Positions 1 to 10,138 are shown, counted from the stretch's first letter. The stretch: 64,000 nucleotides of DNA from Desulfobacterales bacterium (GCA_963674755.2 CAXXVS010000003.1:1408001-1472000); one strand, 5' to 3'. A program made the numbers and translations. Notes: generated by a model not told the origin, from the letters alone.

Positions 1-248
1 ATCTGGAACATGATGCCCAGCAAGGCAAAGTCGGCCAGGGAGACGGCCGCATTGATCAGGCCGCCCCAGGGGGCGGGCGGGGTATAGTGGAAGGTGCCGT
101 GGCCCAGCAGCATCAGGGCCCCTGCGGTCAGTACGGCGCCCGTGACCAGCACGGTAAACGTGCGCACAAAGGCCATCCGCACGCTGAAACAGACCACCCC
201 GGCGATCAGGGGGACTCCGATGCACATGAAGAGCAGCAAGGAGGGCAT
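1..248 (-). CDS. Membrane protein, 5' part only (runs off window); resembles the N-terminus of Ech hydrogenase subunit A / NuoL-like antiporter subunit
   Basis: Not in ORF track. Manual translation from ATG 248: MPSLLLFMCIGVPLIAGVVCFSVRMAFVRTFTVLVTGAVLTAGALMLLGHGTFHYTPPAPWGGLINAAVSLADFALLGIMFQ, three hydrophobic helices. Family assignment is from memory of EchA N-termini. Confidence 0.5.
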   Translation of the reverse strand, partial: MPSLLLFMCIGVPLIAGVVCFSVRMAFVRTFTVLVTGAVLTAGALMLLGHGTFHYTPPAPWGGLINAAVSLADFALLGIMFQ

Positions 249-326
249 GGCGTTACTTTCGTAATCGTTTTCGGATCAAGCGTTGCTATTTAGTGTTCTT
301 CAAAAGATGCCATTTATGGATGAACA

Positions 327-727
327 CTATTTAAGGATCCGGCGCATCGTCGTTTCGCTGATGGTCTTGCCGGTCAACGCCGCGAACTTGTTTTTCACGG
401 TGCGGCTGGAATGGGGATAACGCCGCACCAGGCGGCGCACCAGCTCGCGTTCGGCTTCGCCAATGATCCGGGGTGCGCCGCTGCGCGGGCGGTCCTGCAA
501 TCCCTTGAAGCCGTCTTTCTCCCAGCGGTCGATCCAGCCGGATACCGTGTCGCGGCTGACATCGTAAAAGGCGGCGATCACGTCGATGGCCATCCTGCGG
601 TGGCTCAGCAGGATGCTGTGGGCCCGCATCCGCACCCGCGCCGAAGGGTCCTGCTTCATCCGCTGTTCCAGTTCGGCGATGGTTTGTTCCGAAAGGGGCG
701 ACACAAATTTTCGGGGGTGATGCACAA
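327..727 (-). CDS. Helix-turn-helix protein resembling the N-terminal DNA-binding half of IS630 transposases (no DDE domain); start approximate
   Basis: RVRMRAHSILLS..IAAFYDVSRDTVSGWIDRWEKDGFKGLQDRPRSGAP..ISETTMRRILK; no catalytic ORF follows. Confidence 0.7.
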
Positions 728-965
728 CCGCGTCCTGACCGCTTTCCAGCCGATTTCCGTGTTTTCCCGGGGAGATAAGAATCGCGATCCATATCTCATT
801 TTGAAGGTTGTCCGGGAAAACTTGTGGCAGGGGTACTACAAGGGGTGTGCCAGGGGCTTGGGCCGCCAATTGTGGAGACAGGTTAACTGCTTAAAATGGA
901 TCGTTAAATATTTTTTGGATGACCATCTGAAAGGCAGTTCGGAAAATCAAGAATGGGACCGTCTC

Positions 966-1074
966 TGCGACATAAATGGCGTACAATAAGGTGTCGTATA
1001 ACAATATCCATAACAATAATAAACAATTACCAAGTGTTACCGTATGGGGCGCGATATGCGACAGATATGACGTA
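966..1074. promoter_or_regulatory. Pair of imperfect 18-bp palindromes, putative transcription-factor sites
   Basis: TGCGACATAAATGGCGTA (966-983) and TGCGACAGATATGACGTA (1057-1074) in an AT-rich intergenic region. Confidence 0.35.
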
Positions 1075-1376
1075 TCATTTTATTCAGCCATTCACATGCC
1101 TTGTGGTTGGGGATATCTCTATCGGCGGGAAAGATTCGCGGACGCACAGATAGTTGTGCAGTGCGTTGCCTGAACTGTGCGCCGGCCGTTCTGCGGATTG
1201 CCGTACGTTAGGATAAGCCACTCCTCCATATCCAAAAAGCAGTTCTATTTCAACCTCTTATGATCGGGTGGGTCACCTGAAGGCATTGAGCTCGGATTGG
1301 CATGAAAAATGCCAATATCTGTTAGAGCGGCAATTGTGAACGACAACCACTGGCCCTGACCCTTACCGCATCCGAT

Positions 1377-1616
1377 ATGAAACCTGCCCCTGCTCAAAAG
1401 CCGAAACTTCTCGACCGGCTGCGCGAAGCGATCCATAAAAAAGTAGGCTGTCACACCTTGCGGCACTCCTTTGCAACCCACCTGATCGAGCAAGGATACG
1501 ACATTCGGACGGTTCAGGAGCTTTTAGGGCACAAAAGCATCAAGACCACCCAGATTTACACGCACGTTCTTAACCGAGGGGGACAAGGGGTTGTGAGTCC
1601 CGCCGACAGTCTTTAG
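1377..1616 (+). pseudogene. intI: Integron integrase, internally deleted in frame (79 aa)
   Basis: IntI N-terminus [12 protein letters not shown] fused to the IntI C-terminus [56 protein letters not shown]; attC array downstream. Confidence 0.9.
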
Positions 1617-1956
1617 CGGTACCCGATCAGGGGGCTGGTCGAGTATAAGGATATCATTGAAATTCAACCTCTTTCCTGTTATATAGTAAAACGTTTGCCC
1701 TCAAATTAAGCCGGTCAATCCTGCCTTGCCGCGCCAGCGGTTGTTGATTGAAGAGAAAAGTACCGTCGAAGGCGTTTGCCCGAAGCTCGGTGCTATAGGT
1801 CGGTGGCATGTAAACCTGTCCGTTGGTTGTGCCCATCGAGATATCCATCCGATTATGATTCGGGATGGATAGGATGATGCTCCCCCGGCGTCAAACAGGT
1901 TTACGGTCCCCCCACCCCCAACCCGGGTTTTCTGTTATGAAATTATATGATTCAGC

Positions 1957-2148
1957 GCATTACTAACGGGATGGTTAGGCGTCATTTCATGACATATAAC
2001 CAGCTGCGCCGAAATGCGCCGATTGGTAGCATAACAATCTGTATTAATTGGGTTTAAAATTTATAATCTTATAGAAAATTGAGGATGGTTAGGCGTCAAA
2101 AGGTGACGCATTTACTAAAATCATTAGGACATCTAATCTATGTTGGGC
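1957..2148 (+). other. attI-like region; crossover G/TTGGGC at 2142
   Basis: GTTGGGC 2142-2148 is the exact complement of the first cassette's R'' GCCCAAC (2679); no attC hairpin upstream; 16-bp direct repeats GGATGGTTAGGCGTCA at 1969-1984 and 2083-2098. Confidence 0.75.
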
Positions 2149-2163
2149 TTTTGATCTGAAGTT

Positions 2164-2664
2164 ATGAAATCATTGATTGCCACGCTATCGATTATTGTTT
2201 CGTTTTTAATTTTCATTTGTCCAGCACTAGCTGAACAAGTCGATCATTCGGGGATAATCGGCCATGAATATCAAGCTAAAACCCCTCTTAAGGCGGGTGA
2301 TATTGGTCCTGATGGAAACCTTGTTATTTATTCATGGCGTGACAGATACAGAACTCTTGATGGCAATTACGGACTTATGATCTGGTATAATCAATATCAA
2401 GAGAGTTCTGTGCCTGAATATGAATTATTTAATCAAGCCCAAAAGACTATTGATAGAACAAAAAATTTATCGGAATTCCTTAAATTGTTGTCACAAATAC
2501 CAAAAGGGGCTTCGGTATACTTTTATGATTTATGTTCTGCCGGTTCGCACTATGGGCTCGATCACAAGATACTAAAAAGGGTAAAAGAGCACATAAAGAA
2601 TCAAGGTGCCCAATTGTTTGATCCTGGCAATGGAGGATATGTAATCTGTACTTGCCCATTTTAA
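2164..2664 (+). CDS. Cassette: hypothetical exported protein
   Basis: Signal peptide ending ALA-E; bounded by attI and attC. Confidence 0.8.
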   Translation: MKSLIATLSIIVSFLIFICPALAEQVDHSGIIGHEYQAKTPLKAGDIGPDGNLVIYSWRDRYRTLDGNYGLMIWYNQYQESSVPEYELFNQAQKTIDRTKNLSEFLKLLSQIPKGASVYFYDLCSAGSHYGLDHKILKRVKEHIKNQGAQLFDPGNGGYVICTCPF

Positions 2665-2678
2665 ATTAGATATTTGAG

Positions 2679-2739
2679 GCCCAACCAGTTACTGGTAGGG
2701 ACGGCGAAGACCATGCCGCCCCACAGCACAGCGTTCGGC
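2679..2739 (+). other. attC site (61 bp)
   Basis: R'' GCCCAAC, internal GGCG/CGCC dyad, R' GTTCGGC. Confidence 0.85.
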
Positions 2740-2759
2740 TTCTTTTGAAGGAATAGGTT

Positions 2760-5048
2760 ATGAAAACAATTGAAAGCGGCAAGACGCGACTCCTCTTCCT
2801 CATTATTTATATTGGGCTACTTTTCGTAGCGAACCGAATAGCATTCAACTCTTGGGTACCCACTAGAGACGAAAACAGCCTTTGGTTTGGAGCTGGTGTT
2901 CTTAGCCTACTCTTAAGCAGCTTTCTCGTTACACCTTACTTCGAGCGACCTGCGAATCACATTGCCTCAGCCGCTGCGGCCTTCGTTGCATGCTGGTTTG
3001 CGTTTGATTGGCCTTCGTTTAAAGATGCTGAATCATTCATAGCTGGTGCTGTTCTGGTTTACCTAACTCTTGTAATAATCTTATCAGCATGTGCCTTGTT
3101 GCTTCGATCTCGGATGGAAGGAGCAGGACTTCGAGTTGGTACAATCGCTAAGGAGTTTTCTGACCAATTCGGTAACGATAGAATACTCTTCAGTATAGTA
3201 ATTATTAGTGCTGTTGGTTTATACCATCGTGATAATGCATTGCAGGTTTTCACGATACTATCTGTACTGATCTTTATAGTCTTGCTTCGTCCAGAAAATC
3301 ACTTCATTGTATTCTTAAAAAGAATTAGCGCTATCTGGAAAAGTAGGGAGGTTTCAGGCATTGCTGGAGAGATTGCTGGTTTTGATGAGCCAGGCATTGT
3401 TTTGATACGCCAGCCCGCTAAGAATTCAAAATTCGGCGACTATCTTCTGATCAATGATATTGGGACAAAACCTCAGCTTTCACAAGTTCTAGGGTATTTT
3501 GGAAGGGATTCCGGCATGCTTTTGCGGGCAAAGCTGCTTGAGCTACCTATCCATGCGCAGAATACGGTAGAACTATTTGCAAAGACCATTCCTCCGGGAT
3601 GCGCTGCGAGAATTCTACCCGATGGAGATCTTAAAAGGATTCTGGACGAAGAAACATACGCCCAAAGGGCAGATAAGCTTGCGGGTTTGGTCGCTGAAAA
3701 TACATCTATAAATAAACTATACGTTGAAGTCATAAAAGAAACCACTGTAAGTGAAGGTGCAGTTTTGGAAGCATCAATCAAAGGGACTCCAGTTTTATAC
3801 CAGATTACTGATGGACTGACTCGCGAGGAAATAGTTTTCCATCGAAACACGCGAGGTTTCGCTCGTGCCGAGGCCCGTAAGATAGGTCGTTGGGACTCCA
3901 ATAAAGGAAGTTTTAAACTGGTCAAATGGATCCCTGCAATGCACTCACCAGTTTTTCAAAGCGTAGGTCCATTTGAAGAAATAGACGAGACAGCAGTAGG
4001 TTGCCTTCCCTCTACAAAGTATCCGATCAGGATAAAGAATATCCACGAGCTTGTTACTCACAACACTGCAATTCTTGGAATTTTAGGTGTTGGGAAATCA
4101 TTCCTCGCTATTGAACTTATCGAGCGCATGTTTGCAGATTGTGTTAAGGTAGTCTGCCTTGATTTAACCAATCAATATGCCCAAGAGCTTGCTCCTTTCT
4201 ATGATTCTGAAGGTGAGGCTAAGTGCCTTGAAAAGATTCGACTCGCTGCTAATAAAGATCGTAATAAAGTGGAAGATTCAAAGGTTAAAGGAGGCAGCTT
4301 TGAAAATCTCAAAACAGCTATTTATGAGGATCTCGCTGCTTTCCTATATGAAAACTGCGAGTCAATGCTTAAAATCTATAATCCAGCCCAACTAAATGCC
4401 TCCATTCAGGCTGGTGACCTGCGCAACAAGAAGATTGGACCCGGTCCAAATGATTGGGCTCAGGTAGCAGCTTTCCGGGAAACCACACCAGCTGAGATTA
4501 CGCGTATGGTTACTGAATCATGCTTAGCACTCTCCCAAGATAAAATGCGCGATACAGCAAATGTTTGTCTTGTATTCGAAGAAGCCCATTCGCTAGTTCC
4601 CGAGTTTAACAACCTTACTGTCGATTCGGATAAACATGCCGTAGCAGGAACGGCTAGAGCAATATTGCAAGGTCGCAAGTATGGCTTAGGCTGTCTTTTG
4701 ATCTCCCAAAGAACTGCAAATGTAACCAAAACAATATTAAATCAGTGCAACACAGTATTGGCTTTTCGCACGTTTGATGACACGGGCATGGCCTTTCTTG
4801 AAAATTATTTGGGCACTGATTATGCACATGTACTACCAAGCCTTGAAGAAAGGCACGTTGTTTTTTTTGGGAAGGCCTCCAGCTGTGAAAATCCAGTCTT
4901 GATGAAGGTCAATGATCGAAATGATTTTGTCGCCCGATTTCGCGCCAAACACCCCCCACCGGACAATCCTCCAGTTGCATGCATCCCAGGAGTCATAGAC
5001 GAAGTTCAGGTAAAAGAAGAAGAGGAAGATGATGATATCCCCTTCTAA
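2760..5048 (+). CDS. Cassette: HerA/DUF87-family ATPase with N-terminal multi-pass membrane domain
   Basis: Hydrophobic N-terminal ~180 aa; Walker A ILGILGVGKS, Walker B LVFEEAH, GRKYGLGCLLISQR motif; C-terminus EEEEDDDIPF. Confidence 0.85.
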   Translation: MKTIESGKTRLLFLIIYIGLLFVANRIAFNSWVPTRDENSLWFGAGVLSLLLSSFLVTPYFERPANHIASAAAAFVACWFAFDWPSFKDAESFIAGAVLVYLTLVIILSACALLLRSRMEGAGLRVGTIAKEFSDQFGNDRILFSIVIISAVGLYHRDNALQVFTILSVLIFIVLLRPENHFIVFLKRISAIWKSREVSGIAGEIAGFDEPGIVLIRQPAKNSKFGDYLLINDIGTKPQLSQVLGYFGRDSGMLLRAKLLELPIHAQNTVELFAKTIPPGCAARILPDGDLKRILDEETYAQRADKLAGLVAENTSINKLYVEVIKETTVSEGAVLEASIKGTPVLYQITDGLTREEIVFHRNTRGFARAEARKIGRWDSNKGSFKLVKWIPAMHSPVFQSVGPFEEIDETAVGCLPSTKYPIRIKNIHELVTHNTAILGILGVGKSFLAIELIERMFADCVKVVCLDLTNQYAQELAPFYDSEGEAKCLEKIRLAANKDRNKVEDSKVKGGSFENLKTAIYEDLAAFLYENCESMLKIYNPAQLNASIQAGDLRNKKIGPGPNDWAQVAAFRETTPAEITRMVTESCLALSQDKMRDTANVCLVFEEAHSLVPEFNNLTVDSDKHAVAGTARAILQGRKYGLGCLLISQRTANVTKTILNQCNTVLAFRTFDDTGMAFLENYLGTDYAHVLPSLEERHVVFFGKASSCENPVLMKVNDRNDFVARFRAKHPPPDNPPVACIPGVIDEVQVKEEEEDDDIPF

Positions 5049-5163
5049 TAATGTCAAGCGAATCGCTGATTAATTTATATAAAAAGAGTGGGTTCTGAAA
5101 AAATAATTAAAAATGTACTGAGTTTTTTAGATAGAATGCTCTTAAATATGAAGCAATAACTTT

Positions 5164-5223
5164 GCCGAACCACAAAATGCACAGGACGCAAAACAGCATG
5201 CGCCTGTGATTTTAGCGTTCGGC
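5164..5223 (+). other. attC site (60 bp)
   Basis: R'' GCCGAAC (complement of GTTCGGC at 2733), CACAGG/CCTGTG stem, R' GTTCGGC. Confidence 0.9.
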
Positions 5224-5401
5224 GACACTTGAGCACTTGAAGTCGTAGTTTGAATTACCTCGACATTCAATAATTAACGTTCGGAAATATTGCTAAACCG
5301 TACATTCAGCACCCTAAATAAAGAACGGTTACCCATTTTTCTGGCGGCTATGGAACAGTGAATGCGTCGGCGGTTACCCCCAGGGCTGTCAAGTACTCCT
5401 G

Positions 5402-5846
5402 TTGAAACGGTTTCAATGGTTTTGCCAACTGGCGGTGCCGGCCAATCGTAATGAACTAATAACCTTTAATCGGGACAACATCGCTCCAAACTCGATCATC
5501 GCAACGGATCGATGGGCCAGCTATAATGACATTGGCAAAGAACAATATCTACATGAAAGGACCGATCTCAGTAAAAGCAAAGATTACGACAAACTCTATG
5601 GTGCCCATCTGGTCATGATATTAGTCAAACGCCTAATCAGAGGCACTTTCCAGGGACGCTTCGAACCGAAATACCTTCAGAATTACCTGGACGAGTATGT
5701 ATTTCGGTTCAACTGCCGAAAGTCACGGAACATCGGGAAGAAATTCATTCGTATCGTTCAACAGGCGTTAACGTCTATCCCTATTGCCCGGGGCTATTGA
5801 TACAATTTCAGAAGCACTCGTTGTCACTTGAGCTTGATAGAGAACC
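5402..5846 (+). pseudogene. IS1595-family transposase C-terminal remnant with probable right end
   Basis: IIATDRWASY..VKRLIRGTFQG..KYLQNYLDEYVFRFN; N-terminal zinc ribbon/HTH missing. Confidence 0.75.
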
Positions 5847-5922
5847 GGGTATTGTTATTAGATTTTATAAGATATTGATTAAAAAGATGTTCACTATAAT
5901 TTTTATGAATTATATCTACTTA

Positions 5923-7619
5923 GGGCCTCCTGAATAACAAATAAGTCATTGAATAAATTATCAATATATGTCATAAATATTCGGAAAAGTGAAAAGCAAT
6001 CCCCTTCATTTTACCCAAAACCCTTGCACTTTTTCCGGACTTTCCCATGTATCGACACAATCAACGGCAATTGGAATTCGAAGATTTCGCCCTGCCTTTC
6101 GACGGTCGGCTGCGCAGCGACAATCGCTGGGTGAAGATGGCTAAGTTCATCCCTTGGGCGGAGTTTGAAAAAGCCTACCGCAAAAGCTTTAGAAATTCAC
6201 GTTTGGGGCCACCGGCCAAATCAGTGCGGGTGGCCTTAGGCGCGCTGATCATCAAAGAGCGGTTGGGCACCAGCGACGAGGAAACCGTGGAGCAGATCCG
6301 GGAGAATCCGTATCTGCAGTACTTTCTGGGCTACAAGGCTTACCGGGACGAGAAACCGTTCGATCCGTCGCTGTTCGTTTACTTCAGAAAACGCTTCGGA
6401 AAGAAGCGCTTCGCCAAGATCAACGAAAGGATTGCCGGCAAGGCCCTCGAATCCGAAAAGAAAGCAGCGCCATCCAAGGACTCTGATGACGATAATGATC
6501 CGGCAGGAGGGGCCTCAGATAATCGTGGCAAGCTGCTTGTGGATGCCACCTGCACGCCGGCGGACATTACCTTTCCAACCGATCTGAAAATGCTGAACAC
6601 GACCCGCGAGAAAAGCGAAGAAATCATCGATATCCTGCACAAGCCACTCAAGGGAAAACAGAACAAGCCGCGCACTTACCGTAAAGTGGCCCGCAAAGCG
6701 TTTCTTGCCGCCGCCAAGAGCAAACGTTTATCAAAGAACAAGATGAGAAAGGCGCTGCGAAAGCAGTTAGGCTATCTTAAACGTAACCTGAAGACGATTG
6801 AGAAATTGTCCCGTCAAACGCCACTTACGGTTCTCAAGCCGCGCCATTACAAGAACCTGCTGGTCATCCATGAAGTCTATCGCCAGCAGCAATGGCTTTA
6901 TGATCACCGTGAGACTCGAATCGATGATCGCATCGTGAGCGTCTCACAGCCCCACGTCCGACCTATCAAGCGCGGAAAGGCCGGAGCGGCCACTGAGTTT
7001 GGAGCCAAGATATCGGCCAGTCTGATTGACGGCTTCTCCTTTGTGGATCGCATCAGTTGGGATGCCTTCAACGAGTCCGGCGATCTGATCGATCAGATCG
7101 AGGCGTACCGCACACGTTTTGGCCATTATCCGGAATCGGTCCACGCCGATACGATCTACCGCACCCGGGACAACCGCAAGTTTTGCAAGAAGCACGGCAT
7201 TCGGCTTTCCGGTCCGCCATTGGGCCGGCCACCGGCTGATGTCACAAAGCGACAGGCTATCGCCAAGCAAGCCCGCCAAGACGAGTTGGATCGGATACCG
7301 ATCGAAGGCAAATTCGGGCAAGGCAAGCGGCGCTTCAGCCTATCTCGGATCATGTGCAAGCTCGATATCACCTCCGAGGCGGCGATCCTGGTGGCCTTCG
7401 TGGTGATGAATCTGGAGAAGTGGCTCAAGAGCCATTTTTTTGCGCTCTTTTCGTGCCTCACATCTACTATCTGGGCTCCCAGCCGCTGGATTAAGCCTCC
7501 TGCAAGGCGATATTGCCGTATTTGTCTCGGTGGTGACATTGGTCTCGTTGGCTTCTGCAGGCCGTAAAACCTCAGTAGCGATAGGATATACGGCGCAAAA
7601 GACATTATTCAGGAAACCC
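5923..7619 (+). mobile_element. Complete IS5-family insertion sequence
   Basis: Terminal IRs GGGCCTCCTGAATAA / TTATTCAGGAAACCC (13/15 match); 6-bp target duplication TACTTA at 5917-5922 and 7620-7625; GC-rich within AT-rich DNA. Confidence 0.9.
6047..7567 (+). CDS. IS5-family DDE transposase
   Basis: LLVDATCTPADI, VHADTIY, IEGKFGQGKRRF motifs; SDEETVEQIRENPYLQYFLG N-terminal domain. Confidence 0.92.
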   Translation: MYRHNQRQLEFEDFALPFDGRLRSDNRWVKMAKFIPWAEFEKAYRKSFRNSRLGPPAKSVRVALGALIIKERLGTSDEETVEQIRENPYLQYFLGYKAYRDEKPFDPSLFVYFRKRFGKKRFAKINERIAGKALESEKKAAPSKDSDDDNDPAGGASDNRGKLLVDATCTPADITFPTDLKMLNTTREKSEEIIDILHKPLKGKQNKPRTYRKVARKAFLAAAKSKRLSKNKMRKALRKQLGYLKRNLKTIEKLSRQTPLTVLKPRHYKNLLVIHEVYRQQQWLYDHRETRIDDRIVSVSQPHVRPIKRGKAGAATEFGAKISASLIDGFSFVDRISWDAFNESGDLIDQIEAYRTRFGHYPESVHADTIYRTRDNRKFCKKHGIRLSGPPLGRPPADVTKRQAIAKQARQDELDRIPIEGKFGQGKRRFSLSRIMCKLDITSEAAILVAFVVMNLEKWLKSHFFALFSCLTSTIWAPSRWIKPPARRYCRICLGGDIGLVGFCRP

Positions 7620-7642
7620 TACTTAAACTTTATAAATAATTA

Positions 7643-8065
7643 ATGCATATGAAAGATGGACTAAATATTACAACAATTCTTCTAAGTTTGTCTACCTATA
7701 TCAATCTCATGATTGCTATCCTTATGTGGAGATCGACCAAAGCTACTGAGAGAATAATGAAAAATTCACGAAGACCGATATTTAATGTTGCCTTTGAGGG
7801 AAAAGAAAAAGATAATATTATTGTTGCGGTTTCAAACAAGTCTGATTTTTCGGCTATTGAAATAAGCATAAAATACCATTTATTTTACAAAGCCAAAAGG
7901 TTTTCTATCATAGATTCAGGCAAGAAGGAACGATTTTTAGTGTCTAATAAATTGATGAAAAATAAAACGTATTTTAATATGCTAATTAAGTACTTTAATG
8001 AGGATAGCATAAGATATAAAAGCAAACTTATTCTTAAAATACCTGAAACTTTTAGGAGGTCTTAG
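7643..8065 (+). CDS. Hypothetical protein with single N-terminal TM helix
   Basis: 140 aa AT-rich ORF; stop overlaps next start (TAGTG). Confidence 0.65.
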   Translation: MHMKDGLNITTILLSLSTYINLMIAILMWRSTKATERIMKNSRRPIFNVAFEGKEKDNIIVAVSNKSDFSAIEISIKYHLFYKAKRFSIIDSGKKERFLVSNKLMKNKTYFNMLIKYFNEDSIRYKSKLILKIPETFRRS

Positions 8066-9873
8066 TGCGTCTAATTGATGATCCCGATTTTTATCATAAA
8101 CGAGTCCGCCCTATATCTTATTGGGATACTTTTGGCAATTGGTTTTCAAAAGCTTTAGGTGATATTTACAATGATCAAACAATGCTTCAAAACTGTTATG
8201 CTACATGTAGGTCACACCCTTACGATGAAACCGAATTTGCATCCGTAATAAAGGACTACGTTTTAGATTTTGATAGTATAACAAAACCTAGTTCTCCTTT
8301 TATCGTTTATGGACCACCTGGGATAGGGAAAACAACGTATATCTCACATTTGCTTAATATAAAAATACCTAAAGATTATAATTTAAAAATATTTCCTCTT
8401 TTCTTTGATTTTAGAAGCAATGCAGACTTTTCAAAAATTTCAGATGAATTTTATAAGAAAATCAAAGAGGATTTCTTTCAAATTGATGAAATTAACATTT
8501 TTAAAGGTAAATCGATCAATGAAAAGGTTATCTTAAATATTAAAATATTTAAAGAATTACTTAACCAAGACGTTATCGATTTCGATATAAACAATATAGA
8601 TCAAATCATTAATGACTCTAAAAGATTAGATAGAATAGTTACCATAATTCAAGACAGGTATTTAAGTGATATTAGCTTAACATTGGCAAAAATGATTAAA
8701 TATATTAGAAAGTTAATTGATGTTAGAATTGTATTTATATTAGATAACTTTGATCATCTAGAGAACCACAACAAAATACATCAAATGGTTTATAGTTTGA
8801 GCAGAGAAATTATTTCTAAATTTGGTTGCCCTGTTTTCTTGCCGATGAGGAATTATACATTTAAAGATAGCTATAATTTATATGGTTTTGTAGAAGCTGA
8901 TAAACCCAGAAACAAATCTTTATCAGCACCAATACATAAATCTGTATTAAAGAAGAGGAAAGACTATATATTGTCTACTTTGGAGGAAAGAGTTGAACTG
9001 AATGAAATCACGAGCATAAGTTCCGAAAATCTTATAGAACCAATTACCCAAGTATTCAACGGTATTTATCAGAATAAAAAAATTATAGATTATATAGTTG
9101 GGGTCTCAGGTTCTAATATTAGGACATTTCTCGATATAATTGCATTAGCTTTGCAATCTGGACATTTAAGATACGCAAAAACAGACAATAATAATACAAT
9201 TTTAACTTATGAGTCTTTTATAAGAGCAAGTATATATTGCAATAATGTGATTTATCGTCCAAATGATAGAAGGTGTCCTATTATTAATTTGTTTGACAAT
9301 AGAGAAAGTATTGGAAGTAGAAATACGCTAGTCAGAATTAGAATATTGCAAAGATTGAAATATATTAGTTCTCATGAAAAGGCGGAACATTTATCAGAAA
9401 ATTTAAGAAACCTTGGATATCGTGAAGAAAATATTTTACAGGCACTTCCAGTATTGTTGAAGGCTGGCTTAATTGAAGAAGTCCCGTATTTAAAAAGCAG
9501 CATCAAGATAAGCCCAGACCGAAGGTTTAAAATTTCTTCAGTAGGATCATTCTATATTGAAAAACTATTATATGATTTTAACTATTTTGAAGCTATGGCT
9601 CCATCACTAAATTTACCACCAAGCTATAAACAAAATATGTTACATATATTGGATTATGAAAAAAAATCTAAAAGAGAGAGGGAAATAAGGCACAATTCAT
9701 TAGATAGAATTATATCACTTATTGCTCAATATGAAAGTGAAGAATATAAAATTATATCTGAGTCCAATTGTATACCTACAGAACAATATACAATCATAAA
9801 TCCATTTTTAAAAGATTGTCTTATGAGAACTTTTCCTGAAATTAGACCAAATGTTCAATATCACGGACTATGA
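8065..9873 (+). CDS. P-loop NTPase (STAND/AAA-like) with probable C-terminal winged helix
   Basis: GPPGIGKT Walker A, IVFILDNFD Walker B; AGGAGGT RBS at 8054-8060. Confidence 0.8.
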   Translation: MRLIDDPDFYHKRVRPISYWDTFGNWFSKALGDIYNDQTMLQNCYATCRSHPYDETEFASVIKDYVLDFDSITKPSSPFIVYGPPGIGKTTYISHLLNIKIPKDYNLKIFPLFFDFRSNADFSKISDEFYKKIKEDFFQIDEINIFKGKSINEKVILNIKIFKELLNQDVIDFDINNIDQIINDSKRLDRIVTIIQDRYLSDISLTLAKMIKYIRKLIDVRIVFILDNFDHLENHNKIHQMVYSLSREIISKFGCPVFLPMRNYTFKDSYNLYGFVEADKPRNKSLSAPIHKSVLKKRKDYILSTLEERVELNEITSISSENLIEPITQVFNGIYQNKKIIDYIVGVSGSNIRTFLDIIALALQSGHLRYAKTDNNNTILTYESFIRASIYCNNVIYRPNDRRCPIINLFDNRESIGSRNTLVRIRILQRLKYISSHEKAEHLSENLRNLGYREENILQALPVLLKAGLIEEVPYLKSSIKISPDRRFKISSVGSFYIEKLLYDFNYFEAMAPSLNLPPSYKQNMLHILDYEKKSKREREIRHNSLDRIISLIAQYESEEYKIISESNCIPTEQYTIINPFLKDCLMRTFPEIRPNVQYHGL

Positions 9874-10138
9874 GATAACTTATGGAACAAAAACGAAGGT
9901 CACGAAATCCGTTATTTTAGATTTCGAAGATTTAAATGCAATCTAATAGACAACCGGGTTCATAAATACGGTGGCATTCGATTTCCGATGCATCCCGGCT
10001 CGCTGCGTTGCTCGGAGCGTTAATAGAAAACAAAATTCAAATTTGAGAAAAAAGATATTGCAACGCCGAGTCATAGAATTGGGTATAAAATAGGAAATTT
10101 TTTTGGCGGGATGTTCAAAAATACATAAATAGAAGAGG

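Noticed and set aside
1310..1330. AATATCT/GTTAGAG upstream of intI as an attI
   Set aside because: No matching R'' found; a 7-bp core alone is weak evidence
7643..9873. Single frameshifted gene
   Set aside because: Strong RBS and TAGTG overlap indicate two coupled genes
9940..10025. Possible extra attC (GCTCGCTGCGTTGCTCGGAGCGTTAATA)
   Set aside because: attC-like right half, but I could not pair a convincing R''/L'' arm; at most a remnant
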